Positions 29,580 to 38,772 of a stretch of 64,000 bases of DNA are shown here, piece by piece (position 1 is the stretch's first letter; every line of letters begins with the position of its first letter). Source of the stretch: Candidatus Latescibacterota bacterium (GTDB lineage: Bacteria > Latescibacterota > UBA2968 > UBA8231); the NCBI GenBank assembly GCA_965248355.1, contig OZ252098.1, positions 2,208,001 through 2,272,000 of the forward strand, given 5' to 3'. The translations under genes and the position numbers were made by a program. The notes under the pieces were generated by a model, which was given only the letters and a program-made list of their open reading frames with translations, ran no database searches and had not been told where the DNA came from.

Positions 29580-30547
29580 TCCAGACGGCCTCCCTGAGCC
29601 GGCATACCGCCATCGAGACGGGCATCGATCGATTCCTCGTCTCCCTGGCCGAGGCCGGTCCTTTCGGTCGATCGCCCCTCCGCCCCGGGACCCGGCGCGC
29701 CTACGGCGTCGACCTCGACCAGTTCGCCCGCTTCCTGCACACCCGTATCACCGCGCCCACCGTGGCCAATGTCCCCACCGAGGCGGTGGCGGCCTTCGCC
29801 CGGCACCTGACCGACGCCGGCCGGTCGCCCCGCACCGTGGCCCGCAAGCTGGCCGCCGTACGCCGGCTGTTCCGCTTCTTGTGCTCGCAGGGGGTCTGTC
29901 CCGCCGACCCTTCCACCGGCGTGCGCGGGCCCCGTCCGTCCGACGACCCGGCCCCCCTCACGCCCGAGGAGATGCGCGCCCTGCTGGCCCGGCCCGAGTT
30001 GGGCTCCTTCACCGGCGCCCGGAACCGGGCCCTGCTGGAGCTGCTCTACGGCGCCGGCCTGCGGCTCTCGGAAGCGGTGGGCCTGAACCTGAGCCACCTC
30101 GGCTTGGCCGACGGTCGTCTGCGGCTCACCGGCCCCACCCCCCGCGCCGTTCCCCTGGGACCGCAGGCGACGGAGGCGCTGCAGGCCTACCTGCTGCGCC
30201 GGGCGGAGGCGCTCCTGGCGCGGTCGATCTCCTCCGTCGACGCCGGCGCGCTCTTCGTCAGCGCCCGCGGGCGCCGCCTGCATCCGCGCTCGATCCAGCG
30301 CATCGTCGAGCGCTACCTGCGCCTCCTCGAGTCACCGCCGACCTCGACCCGGACGAGGACGCCGCGCCACCGGGGCCCCGGCCAGTTGCGCGCCGCCTGC
30401 GCCCGGCATCTGGTCGAGGCGGGCGCCGACCCCGGGCTCGTCTCCGCCCTCCTCGACCGAAGGCCCGCGGCCCCCCCCGACCCGAGCCGCCACCAGGACC
30501 TCTCCGAGCTGACGGCGCGCTACCGGCGGGCCCACCCGCGGGCCTGA
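29576..30547 (+). CDS. XerC-like tyrosine recombinase homologue lacking catalytic residues
   Basis: SAM-like N-terminus (TRRAYGVDL, RTVARKLAAVRRLFRF), RNRALLELLYGAGLRLSE, terminal AHPRA; catalytic K, H, H and Y absent; probable CTG start overlapping the topA stop. Confidence 0.8.
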   Translation: MIQTASLSRHTAIETGIDRFLVSLAEAGPFGRSPLRPGTRRAYGVDLDQFARFLHTRITAPTVANVPTEAVAAFARHLTDAGRSPRTVARKLAAVRRLFRFLCSQGVCPADPSTGVRGPRPSDDPAPLTPEEMRALLARPELGSFTGARNRALLELLYGAGLRLSEAVGLNLSHLGLADGRLRLTGPTPRAVPLGPQATEALQAYLLRRAEALLARSISSVDAGALFVSARGRRLHPRSIQRIVERYLRLLESPPTSTRTRTPRHRGPGQLRAACARHLVEAGADPGLVSALLDRRPAAPPDPSRHQDLSELTARYRRAHPRA

Positions 30548-30559
30548 AGGGGGTCCACC

Positions 30560-32170
30560 ATGCCGCGTCTGCTCTGCGCTGCCCTCGCCGCGGGGCTGGC
30601 CGCGGCCCTCGGCTGCGCCAAGCAGGGCCGGCCCACGGGAGGCCCGGTGGATCGGACCGCTCCGGTGGTTGTCTCCCACCGGCCCGCCCCCGACGCCACC
30701 GGCGTCGATCGACGTCAGGTGGTGACCATCGAGTTCAGCGAGGCCATGGATCGAGGGCGGACGGAGGAGTCGGTCTTCCTGGCTCCCCGAAGCGACTTCG
30801 AGGCCCACTGGAGAGGACGCCGGCTGCGCATCACGGTCCCCGGCGGCCTGGCGGAGGAGCGCACCTACGTGGTCACCGTCGGCACCGACGCCCGGGACCT
30901 GCGCGGCAATGGCCTGGAGCAGTCCTTCCAGTTGGCCTTCGCCACCGGCGGCCGGCTGGACGCCGGGAGCCTCTCCGGGAGCGTGCTGGCGGCGGATCTC
31001 GAGCCCCAGCGGGGCGCCTTCGTCTGGGCCTACGACATGGAGCTCTTCGACGGCCGCACCGGCGTCGACCCGCCGGACTACGTCACCCAGAGCGGGGCCG
31101 GCGGCGGGTTCCGCTTCGACCGGCTCGCCGGCAGCCGCTACCGGACGATCGCCTTCGTCGACGGCAACCGGAACCAGCGGCCGGACCCCGGAGAGCCCCT
31201 GGCCCTCCCCGACGAGGACAGGGTGGCCTCCACCGATGGCGAGGCCGGCGGCGGCGTGCTCGTGCTGGCCGCGAGGGACCCCGAGGTCCGCGTGCAGCGG
31301 ATCAGCGCCGTCGATCGCCGGCGCATCCTGCTGGCCTTCGAGAGGCCGGTGGATGCCGCCAGCCTGGAGGTGGAGATGGGATCTCTCGACGTTCAGGAGA
31401 TCCATGCCCACCCCACGGACCCGAGGAGGATCTATGCCGTCACCGCCGAGCAGCAGCCGGGACGGACCTACCGCCCCACCGTGCGGTTGGCCGGCCACGG
31501 CGTGGAGGTCCCCCGAGAGCCGGTACGCGGGACCGACCGGGAGGACCGCGGCCGCCCGGAGGTGGTCGGACTGGGTCCTCAGGGCCTGACCGTCGAGGCG
31601 GATTCCCTGGTTCTCACCTTCTCCGAGGCGATGGACCCGTCGGCCGTACCCTCCATGGCGGCGAGAGATACCACCTCGGCCCCTCCCCCCGGCCGCTGGC
31701 GCTGGACGGGTCCCCTGTCCCTGGCCTTCACCCCGGAGCCGCCCCTGGAGCCCGGGGCCCACCGGCTCGAGGTGCGGCTGGGCGGCCTTCGCGACCGGGC
31801 CGGCAACGCGCCCCAGGACTCGACGGCCCTCCTCGGCTTCGAGTTGCTGCCGGCCGCCGACCGGGCCTCGGTGGAGGGGAAGGCCGGGTGGCCGGCTGCA
31901 AGCGGGCCCGTTCAGGTTCGGCTCCGGCCGCCTGGCGGCCCCGCCTTGAGGGCCGACGTCGACTCGGCGGGCCTCTTCGCCTTCCCCGGGATCGCGCCCG
32001 GCACCTACAGGCTGTCCGCCTTCGTCGACCGGGACGGAGACGGAGAACACGGCGTCGGCCGCCTCGACCCCTACGCGCCGGCCGAACCGATCGCCGTGGG
32101 CCGAGAGCTGGTCCTGGAGCGCGGTCAGGGACTGTGGGTCGAGGTGCCGGAGGCGGCCCCGGCCCCATGA
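30560..32170 (+). CDS. Ig-like (Big_5-type) domain lipoprotein
   Basis: Lipobox LGC, P.GGPVDRTAP, FSEAMD repeats, DLRGN. Confidence 0.8.
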   Translation: MPRLLCAALAAGLAAALGCAKQGRPTGGPVDRTAPVVVSHRPAPDATGVDRRQVVTIEFSEAMDRGRTEESVFLAPRSDFEAHWRGRRLRITVPGGLAEERTYVVTVGTDARDLRGNGLEQSFQLAFATGGRLDAGSLSGSVLAADLEPQRGAFVWAYDMELFDGRTGVDPPDYVTQSGAGGGFRFDRLAGSRYRTIAFVDGNRNQRPDPGEPLALPDEDRVASTDGEAGGGVLVLAARDPEVRVQRISAVDRRRILLAFERPVDAASLEVEMGSLDVQEIHAHPTDPRRIYAVTAEQQPGRTYRPTVRLAGHGVEVPREPVRGTDREDRGRPEVVGLGPQGLTVEADSLVLTFSEAMDPSAVPSMAARDTTSAPPPGRWRWTGPLSLAFTPEPPLEPGAHRLEVRLGGLRDRAGNAPQDSTALLGFELLPAADRASVEGKAGWPAASGPVQVRLRPPGGPALRADVDSAGLFAFPGIAPGTYRLSAFVDRDGDGEHGVGRLDPYAPAEPIAVGRELVLERGQGLWVEVPEAAPAP

Positions 32171-32556
32171 GCGAAGCCACCTCCCGTCCCGCCCCTCGCT
32201 GGTGGCCCTGGCTGGAGACAACCCTCCTCGTGGCCCTCCTGGCCGGCATCGGCATCGTCCGATTCTCCCGGCTGACGGTGGCCGAGAGGCTGGCGATCCA
32301 GTTGGAGGCGGGCCTGCGGCAGCTCTACGAGATGGAGATCGACCACCTGCGGCGCCACGGGCGCTACTTCCCCCCGCGTGATCCGGCCTACGGCCGCTAC
32401 ATGCCCTGGATGCGGCTCTACGAGATCGAGGCCCGCCACGAGGACCGGGAGTCGTTCTTCCTCGTCGTGCGCGCCGACTTCGACCGCGACGGGCGGCCCG
32501 GCGTCTGGCGGATCGATCAGTCCTCCCCGGAGGTGCAGCGGCTGCAGGAGGACTGA
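32167..32556 (+). CDS. Pilin-like membrane protein
   Basis: N-terminal hydrophobic helix, then LRQLYEMEIDH...GRY and ADFDRDGRPGVWRID. Confidence 0.55.
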   Translation: MSEATSRPAPRWWPWLETTLLVALLAGIGIVRFSRLTVAERLAIQLEAGLRQLYEMEIDHLRRHGRYFPPRDPAYGRYMPWMRLYEIEARHEDRESFFLVVRADFDRDGRPGVWRIDQSSPEVQRLQED

Positions 32557-32593
32557 GAGCTCCGGGGCTGGCTGCGCGCCGAACGGTCGCCGG

Positions 32594-33475
32594 TCAGCGC
32601 GGATGCAGGCGCGGCTCGGCGGTGATCCCGGCCGGGTAGGTGCCCACCACGTGGAGACTGGCCACGAGGGCGTCGATCTCCCGCAGCGCACCGGCGGCCG
32701 GCTCGGTCCGGGCGTCGGCGGCGACGTCGAGGTAGACCAGGTAGGCCCAGGGACGGCCCACCCGCTTGTGGGTCTCCACCTTCAGGACTTCCAGTCCCCC
32801 CCGGGCCAGCGGTCCGAGGACGGCGGGCAGGCCCGCGGCGGTGTGCTCCATCTCGAGGATCACCGTCGTCTTTGGGGAGCCGCCCGCTCCGGTCCCCTCG
32901 CCGAGGACGAAGAAGCGGGTGAAGTTGTCCCGGCCGGCCAGGTCGCGGGCCAGGACCTGCATGCCGTTGTCCTCGGCCGCCTGGGCCGTGGCGATGGCCG
33001 CCTCGTCGGACCGTCCCTCCGCCTTGACCATCATGACCGCGCCGGCCGTGTCGTACACCGGCTCCACATCGACCTGAAGGCCGTCGAGGAACTCCCGGCA
33101 CTGGGCCAGGGCCTGGGGGTGGGAGCGGATGCGGCGCAGGTCCTCGAGACGCGTCCCCGCGTGGGCGATCAGGTGGTGGCCGATGCGCAGGCGGATCTCG
33201 CCGCACACCGGCAGCGGCTGCTCGCGGAGCAGGTCCCACACCTCGTGGATGCTGCCGGCCAGGGAGTTCTCCACCGGCGCCACGGCGGCCTCCGCGCGCC
33301 GGCCGGCGAGGGCGGAGAACAGGGCGGCGAAGGTGCGGCAGGGCAGTACGTCGACCTTCCTGCCGTCGAAGTACTCCCGCGCGGCCAGCTCGCTGTTGCT
33401 GCCCAGCTCTCCCTGGATGGCCACGGTGAGGGCGGCGTCGGAGCGGTGCCCCGGGGGGGTGGCTGGACCCTGCAT
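32594..33475 (-). CDS. pheA: Prephenate dehydratase
   Basis: VAIQGELGSNS, PVENSLAGSI, SHPQALAQC, NFTRF, ACT domain. Confidence 0.9.
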   Translation of the reverse strand: MQGPATPPGHRSDAALTVAIQGELGSNSELAAREYFDGRKVDVLPCRTFAALFSALAGRRAEAAVAPVENSLAGSIHEVWDLLREQPLPVCGEIRLRIGHHLIAHAGTRLEDLRRIRSHPQALAQCREFLDGLQVDVEPVYDTAGAVMMVKAEGRSDEAAIATAQAAEDNGMQVLARDLAGRDNFTRFFVLGEGTGAGGSPKTTVILEMEHTAAGLPAVLGPLARGGLEVLKVETHKRVGRPWAYLVYLDVAADARTEPAAGALREIDALVASLHVVGTYPAGITAEPRLHPR

Positions 33476-33505
33476 GCGGTGAATATAGGCAACGCAAGTG
33501 CCGCG

Positions 33506-33534
33506 TTGACAGGGACTTGCCTGCCCGGTAGGTT
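33506..33534 (+). promoter_or_regulatory. sigma70 promoter of tRNA locus
   Basis: TTGACA-17 nt-TAGGTT just upstream of tRNA-Cys. Confidence 0.6.
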
Positions 33535-33551
33535 CTGCCTGCCCGAATTCC

Positions 33552-33625
33552 GGCGGCGTGGCCAAGTGGTAAGGCAAGGGCCTGCAAAGCCCATATCCCC
33601 GGTTCGATTCCGGGCGCCGCCTCCA
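33552..33625 (+). tRNA. tRNA-Cys (GCA)
   Basis: GGCGGCG acceptor stem, AAGTGGTAA D-loop, CTGCAAA anticodon loop, GGTTCGATTCC, 3' CCA. Confidence 0.95.
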
Positions 33626-33635
33626 GACCTCCAAC

Positions 33636-33674
33636 GGCCTCGTCCGCATCCCAGGCGGGTGAGGCCCTTTTTTT
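33636..33674 (+). terminator. Intrinsic terminator
   Basis: GGCCTCGTCCGC...GCGGGTGAGGCC stem followed by T7. Confidence 0.75.
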
Positions 33675-33696
33675 GTTGCTACCTTTCCATGCGACG

Positions 33697-33783
33697 GCCG
33701 GGGTGGCGGAACGGTAGACGCAGCGGACTTAAAATCCGCCGGGCCGCAGGCCTGTAGGGGTTCGAATCCCCTCCCCGGCACCA
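33697..33783 (+). tRNA. tRNA-Leu (TAA)
   Basis: GCCGGGG acceptor stem, CTTAAAA anticodon loop, long variable arm, GGTTCGAATCC, 3' CCA. Confidence 0.95.
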
Positions 33784-33819
33784 CAACCGCAGGCTCTCGG
33801 ACCCAGGACGGACAGACTG

Positions 33820-35343
33820 ATGAACAGCCACCCCTGCTCACTCGACGACGGCGTCCGGGCCCGCTTCGTGGCCGACGGCTATCTCACGGTGCGCACCACC
33901 CTGCCGGCCGACTTCCACTCCGACCTCTACCGGCGCATCGACGAGGTCTTCGAGAAGGAGGGCAACCCGGGCAACAACATCCTGCCGCGGCTGCCCGGGA
34001 TCCGGCGGGTCTTCGACGACCCGGCCGTGACCGGCGCCCTCGAGAGCCTCCTCGGCGCCGGGTACGTGATGAACCCCCACCGCCACTGCCACCTGAATCC
34101 CCCCGGCGCCCCGGGCCAGTCGTGGCACAAGGACTGCTACGTCTTCGACCACAACCTCCGCCACCCCCGCTTCCGGTGGGTCCTCGCCTTCTACTATCCC
34201 CAGGACGTGACCGCCGACATGGGGCCCACCGGCGTCATGCCGGGCCAGCAGTGGTACCGCACGATCTCCGACCCCGACCCGGCGAAGGCCACCGAGACGG
34301 AGCAGCCGCTGCTGGGCGAGGCGGGCACGGTGGCGATCGTCCACTTCGACAGCTGGCACCGGGCCACGGCCAACCGCAGCGGCCGCAAGCGCTACATGCT
34401 CAAGTTCCAGTTCGCGCGCACCGCCGAGCCGGCCGCAGCGGAAGCCGCCGACGGCCGGCTGTCATGGGAGGAGAGCGGGGCCGTCTGCTCCGACGTGTGG
34501 CGCTGGCTCTCGGAGGCCGGCAACGGGGCCGCGGCCGGTTCAGAGGAGCCCATCGGGGCCTGGGTCGACGGGCTGGCTTCGGCCTCGGCCGCCGAGCGGG
34601 CCCGGGCGGCGGACCGCATCGCCCTCTCCGGGGCCGCGGCGGACGCCGTGCCCGCCCTGGCGCGGGCCCTGGAGGACGAGGCGGAGCCGGTGCGCCTGAA
34701 CGCCGCCTACGCCCTGGCCGGCGCCGGGGACGGTCCCGGGATCCTCGCCGGCAGCCTGCGCCGCGAGGCGGCCGCCTCCGAGGAGCTGGCCACGGCCAAG
34801 ACCGCCGACAACGCCCACGGCACGAATCCCACGGCACCCGCCGCCGCCCATGCCCTGGCCCTGGCGCCGGGGGGCGACGAAGCGGCGGCCGATCTGTTGC
34901 GGGACGAGCACTGGCTGGTGCGGGCCTCGGCGGCGGGGGCCCTGGGCAACATGGGGCCGGGGGCGGCCCCCCACGAGCCGGACCTGTGCGCGGCCACCGC
35001 CGACGGGCACTGGTGGGTGCGGCGCAACGCCCTGGAGGCCCTCGGCCGGCTTCCGGATCCCGGCGACGACGCTCGGGAGGCGGCCGCCCGGTGCCTGCGA
35101 GACGAGGACTACCGGGTCCGCCGGAACGCCGCCATCGCCCTGCGCCACCCCGCGGCGCCTGCACCGGAGACGGTGCCGGCCCTGGTGGAGATGCTGCGGG
35201 ACGAGGACCGCTACAACCGCTTCTACGCCGCCGACGCCCTGCGCCGCCTGGCGCCCGTCTCACCGGAAGCCGAGACCAGCCTCATGGACCACCTGTTCAC
35301 GTCGCGCTGGTGTCCGCTCACGACTCCCGAGAGCCGCTACTGA
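33820..35343 (+). CDS. PhyH-family Fe(II)/2OG dioxygenase fused to HEAT repeats
   Basis: WHKD...GPT...WHRA.AN.S...R motifs; C-terminal VRLNAAYAL/VRRNA HEAT repeats. Confidence 0.85.
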   Translation: MNSHPCSLDDGVRARFVADGYLTVRTTLPADFHSDLYRRIDEVFEKEGNPGNNILPRLPGIRRVFDDPAVTGALESLLGAGYVMNPHRHCHLNPPGAPGQSWHKDCYVFDHNLRHPRFRWVLAFYYPQDVTADMGPTGVMPGQQWYRTISDPDPAKATETEQPLLGEAGTVAIVHFDSWHRATANRSGRKRYMLKFQFARTAEPAAAEAADGRLSWEESGAVCSDVWRWLSEAGNGAAAGSEEPIGAWVDGLASASAAERARAADRIALSGAAADAVPALARALEDEAEPVRLNAAYALAGAGDGPGILAGSLRREAAASEELATAKTADNAHGTNPTAPAAAHALALAPGGDEAAADLLRDEHWLVRASAAGALGNMGPGAAPHEPDLCAATADGHWWVRRNALEALGRLPDPGDDAREAAARCLRDEDYRVRRNAAIALRHPAAPAPETVPALVEMLRDEDRYNRFYAADALRRLAPVSPEAETSLMDHLFTSRWCPLTTPESRY

Positions 35344-35373
35344 GCTGAGGCGCCGGCGCCCCCCCGAGGACTG

Positions 35374-36159
35374 CTAGCGCTTGAGGATCCCGCCGTTGAC
35401 GTCGAGGGTGGCGCCGGTGATGTAGGCGGCCATGGGCGAGGCCAGGAAGAGCGCCGCGTGGGCGATCTCCACCGGCTCCCCGAGCCGCCCGAGAGGGATC
35501 AGCCCGGTCACGTGGGCCCGCTGCTGGTCGGTGAGCAGGTCCGGATCGGCGTCGATCTGCCCGGGTGAGATGGAGTTGACCGTGACCCCCGCCGGCGCCA
35601 GGTCGCGCGCCAGGGTCTTGGTCATGGCCGCCAGACCGCCCTTCGAGGCGGTGTAGTTGACGCCGCCGCTGACGCCGCCGGTCTGGGCGCTGACCGAGGT
35701 GATGTTGATGATTCGGCCGCCGCCTTGGCGCTTCATGATCGGCGCCGCGGCGCGGCTGCACAGGTACGGGCCGGTGAGGTTGGCGGCGATCACCCGGTCC
35801 CAGGCCTCCGGCTCGATCTCCTCCAAAGGCGCGAACTGGATGAGGCCGGCGTTGTTGACGAGCACGTCCAGACGGCCCCAGGTGCCGGCGATGCGCTGCA
35901 CCGCCGCCTGCACCTGGGCCTCGACGCCCACATCGGTGGGCAGGACGAGGGCGGCCTCAGGACCGATCTCGCCGGCCACCTCCCGCAGCTGATCGGCGCT
36001 GCGCGCCGCCAGGGCCACGCGGGCGCCGGCGCGGGCGAAGGTCACGGCCATGGCGCGGCCGATGCCGCGGCCGGCGCCGGTGACCAGCACCACCTTGCCT
36101 GAGAAGTCCAGCAGCGAGCGGATGTCGTCGTGCACGTCCTGTCCTCTCCCGTCCGTCAT
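35374..36159 (-). CDS. SDR family oxidoreductase
   Basis: TGAGRGIG, NNAG, YTASK. Confidence 0.92.
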   Translation of the reverse strand: MTDGRGQDVHDDIRSLLDFSGKVVLVTGAGRGIGRAMAVTFARAGARVALAARSADQLREVAGEIGPEAALVLPTDVGVEAQVQAAVQRIAGTWGRLDVLVNNAGLIQFAPLEEIEPEAWDRVIAANLTGPYLCSRAAAPIMKRQGGGRIINITSVSAQTGGVSGGVNYTASKGGLAAMTKTLARDLAPAGVTVNSISPGQIDADPDLLTDQQRAHVTGLIPLGRLGEPVEIAHAALFLASPMAAYITGATLDVNGGILKR

Positions 36160-36932
36160 CCCCGCAGGCCGGGGATCTCCATGAAACGCCCGTTGTCCTG
36201 GCAGGCGATCTGGCCGCCGTCGACGATGACGTCCTGTCCGGTGAGGAAGGCGGCTTCGTCGGAGAGCAGGAAGGCGATGACGGCGGCGATGTCCTCGGCG
36301 GTGCCGTAGCGGTTCAGGGGGATCTGCTTCAGGTAGGCCGCCTTGAACAGGGGCTCCTCGACCTCGGGCGTCGCCGGCGTCGAGATCACCCCGGGGGAGA
36401 CGGCGTTGACGCGGATGCGGTGCCGGGCGAACTCCCCGGCGGCGGTGCGCATCAGGCCGACGAGGGCCGCCTTCGAGGCGTCGTAGGCGGCGTTGTTGGT
36501 GCTCGACCGGTAGGCGTTGCGGCTGGCCACGCAGACCACGGCACCGCCGCCGCCGCCGGCCATCACCGGCGCCAGGGCCCGCAAAAAGGCGAAGGGCGAG
36601 GTGACGTTGACCGCGAGGTTGAGGTTCCAGACCTCGTCGCTCAGGTCGACGATGGGGCCGCCGGGCCAGACGCCGGCGTTGAGGACCAGACGGGTCACGG
36701 GACCGTGCCGCTGAACGAGGCCGCGCAGCAGGTCGCCGGTGCCGGCGATGTCGGTGAGGTCGAACTCGCAGGTCGCCAGCCCGCCTCCCGCCCTTTCCTC
36801 CCCGGCCAGCCGGGCGAGACCTTCGCCGTCGAGGTCGAGGGCGATGACGCGCAGGCCGTCCTCGAGGAGCCGCGTGACCGTGGCCCGGCCGATGCCGCCG
36901 GCGGCGCCGGTCACCAGGGCCAGGGGGCTCAC
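36156..36932 (-). CDS. SDR family oxidoreductase
   Basis: TGAAGGIG, LNAG, YDASK. Confidence 0.92.
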   Translation of the reverse strand: MSPLALVTGAAGGIGRATVTRLLEDGLRVIALDLDGEGLARLAGEERAGGGLATCEFDLTDIAGTGDLLRGLVQRHGPVTRLVLNAGVWPGGPIVDLSDEVWNLNLAVNVTSPFAFLRALAPVMAGGGGGAVVCVASRNAYRSSTNNAAYDASKAALVGLMRTAAGEFARHRIRVNAVSPGVISTPATPEVEEPLFKAAYLKQIPLNRYGTAEDIAAVIAFLLSDEAAFLTGQDVIVDGGQIACQDNGRFMEIPGLRG

Positions 36933-37393
36933 CGGCGCACCAGGTCCTCGTACTCCTCGAAGAGCTCGACGGTGATGCCGTCGGGATCGAGGGCGTAGAA
37001 GGCGCGGGCCACGACGAAGCCGCCGCGCTCGACGTCGACGGGAGGGCTGGTGGAAGAGTACCCCGCCGCGATCAGGGATTCGTACAGGGCGTCGATGCCC
37101 TCCACCTCGAAGGCCACGTGGGAGGCGCCGACGAAGGGGTTGGCCAGGGGCCGCACCTGGCCCGGCGGGTTGACGTACTCGAACAGCTCCAGGAGGAACT
37201 CGTTCACCGGGTGGCGCAGGAGGGCGACGTCGAGGGCGATGTCGTCGTAGCCGATCATGCGGTCGTACGACGGCAGGTTGCGGCGCTCGGAGACGCGCAG
37301 CAACTCAAGCCCGAGGAGGTCCCGGTAGAAGGGAATCGATCGCTCGAGGCTGGAGACGGTGAAACCGTGGTGATGGCAGGCCTTCAGGGTCAT
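36929..37393 (-). CDS. VOC/glyoxalase family protein
   Basis: HHGFTVSSLERSIPFYRDLLG, HVAFEV, DPDGITVELFE. Confidence 0.9.
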   Translation of the reverse strand: MTLKACHHHGFTVSSLERSIPFYRDLLGLELLRVSERRNLPSYDRMIGYDDIALDVALLRHPVNEFLLELFEYVNPPGQVRPLANPFVGASHVAFEVEGIDALYESLIAAGYSSTSPPVDVERGGFVVARAFYALDPDGITVELFEEYEDLVRR

Positions 37394-38409
37394 ATGGGCG
37401 GCAGCTCCGGGACCGCCTCGGCGGCGCCGCTGGCCTGGGCCCGCCGGGCGGTCTCGGCGATGGCCACGGCCTCCACGGCATCGCGCAGGATCGGCGGCGA
37501 GGCGTTGGCGTGGACCATGCCGCGCACCTTGCGCAGGATGTCGGCGGCGCCGAAGGGAAAGTCGAAGTCGCTCATCGGCGGCGAGTGCACGGCGCCGCCG
37601 GGCCCGTAGGCGCTGGCGTGGAAGGCGCAGTGCCAGGGCGTGCCCACGTCGCAGCTCACGGTGACTCCGCGGGCGGGGCGGTCCGGGCGGTCCCCGTAGT
37701 CGAGGTGGAAGGTGTGCAGCTCGGTCTCGCCCATGCAGCGCACGGACTTGACGCCGCCGCCGAAGAGCAGCTGGGCGAGGCTGACGGCGTGGATGTGTCC
37801 GGCCAGGGTGGTGCCGCCGCCCTGGATCGTGCCGAACTGCAGCGGCCCCACCTCCGGCAGGCGGCTGCGGAACCGCGCCGCCACCGGCAGCACGCGCAGG
37901 ATCGAGATCGAGCACAAGGGGGCGGCGTGGCCCTCGGCCAGCTGCACGATCTCCAGCGCGTCTTCGGTGGTGTAGGCCATGGGCTTGTCGACGAAGGTGG
38001 GCACCCCCTTGCGCAGCCCGGGCCGGGCCAGGGCCAGGTGGTCGCTGCCATCGCCGTTGCAGTCGGCCACGAAGACGAGGTCCACGTCGTCGCTGACCTG
38101 CTCCGGGCGGTCGCAGACGCGGGGACTCTCATGGAAGACCGAGGCCAGGCACTCGGCCGCGTCCCGGTGCTCGTCCCACACCCTGGCCAGGGTGAAGCCG
38201 TCGACCCGCTCCACCGTCATCTGGGCCGGGCTGGCGTAGTTGGTGTAGAAGTAGAAGTGGGCGCCGCCCGTCTGCCACGAGTAGCGGGCGGACTGTCTCG
38301 ACGACAGGGGCCGTTGCAGGCGGAGGGGATCGTGGTCGGCGAACAGGCCGGCGTAGTAGGCGCCGTGGGTGTCGCAGCGGATGAGGCCGACGCGGATCGG
38401 AGCGTCCAT
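37390..38409 (-). CDS. Gfo/Idh/MocA-like oxidoreductase
   Basis: RVGLIRCDTH, FVDKPMA. Confidence 0.7.
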   Translation of the reverse strand: MDAPIRVGLIRCDTHGAYYAGLFADHDPLRLQRPLSSRQSARYSWQTGGAHFYFYTNYASPAQMTVERVDGFTLARVWDEHRDAAECLASVFHESPRVCDRPEQVSDDVDLVFVADCNGDGSDHLALARPGLRKGVPTFVDKPMAYTTEDALEIVQLAEGHAAPLCSISILRVLPVAARFRSRLPEVGPLQFGTIQGGGTTLAGHIHAVSLAQLLFGGGVKSVRCMGETELHTFHLDYGDRPDRPARGVTVSCDVGTPWHCAFHASAYGPGGAVHSPPMSDFDFPFGAADILRKVRGMVHANASPPILRDAVEAVAIAETARRAQASGAAEAVPELPPI

Positions 38410-38772
38410 GGGACACAACCAAGGCCACGGTCGGGGACCGGGCAAGGTACCGGAAGGCTTGCCCGTGTGGGGGCCCGCGGCGGCAGCAGGGCTGGTGGAT
38501 CACCGTGGCCCAGGGCGGCAACATCCGCAGGGCCGACACGCCGGTCCGCCTCACCCGGCGGATGGCCCATCACTTCCTGCAGGCGCCGCAACTACGTGCA
38601 GTTCCAGATCTGGCAGCCCTGCGGGATCCGGCCTTTCGAGTTGGAGGACGAGACGCCGGAGCTGGGCCGGGTGCGCTGGCCGGTGCGTTGACAAGGGCGC
38701 TCTGGCCACTCCAAAGTTGGGGCCGCACGGAGGGAAGGATCACCCGCACCGGGCATGGGAAGGGAGAAGCAG

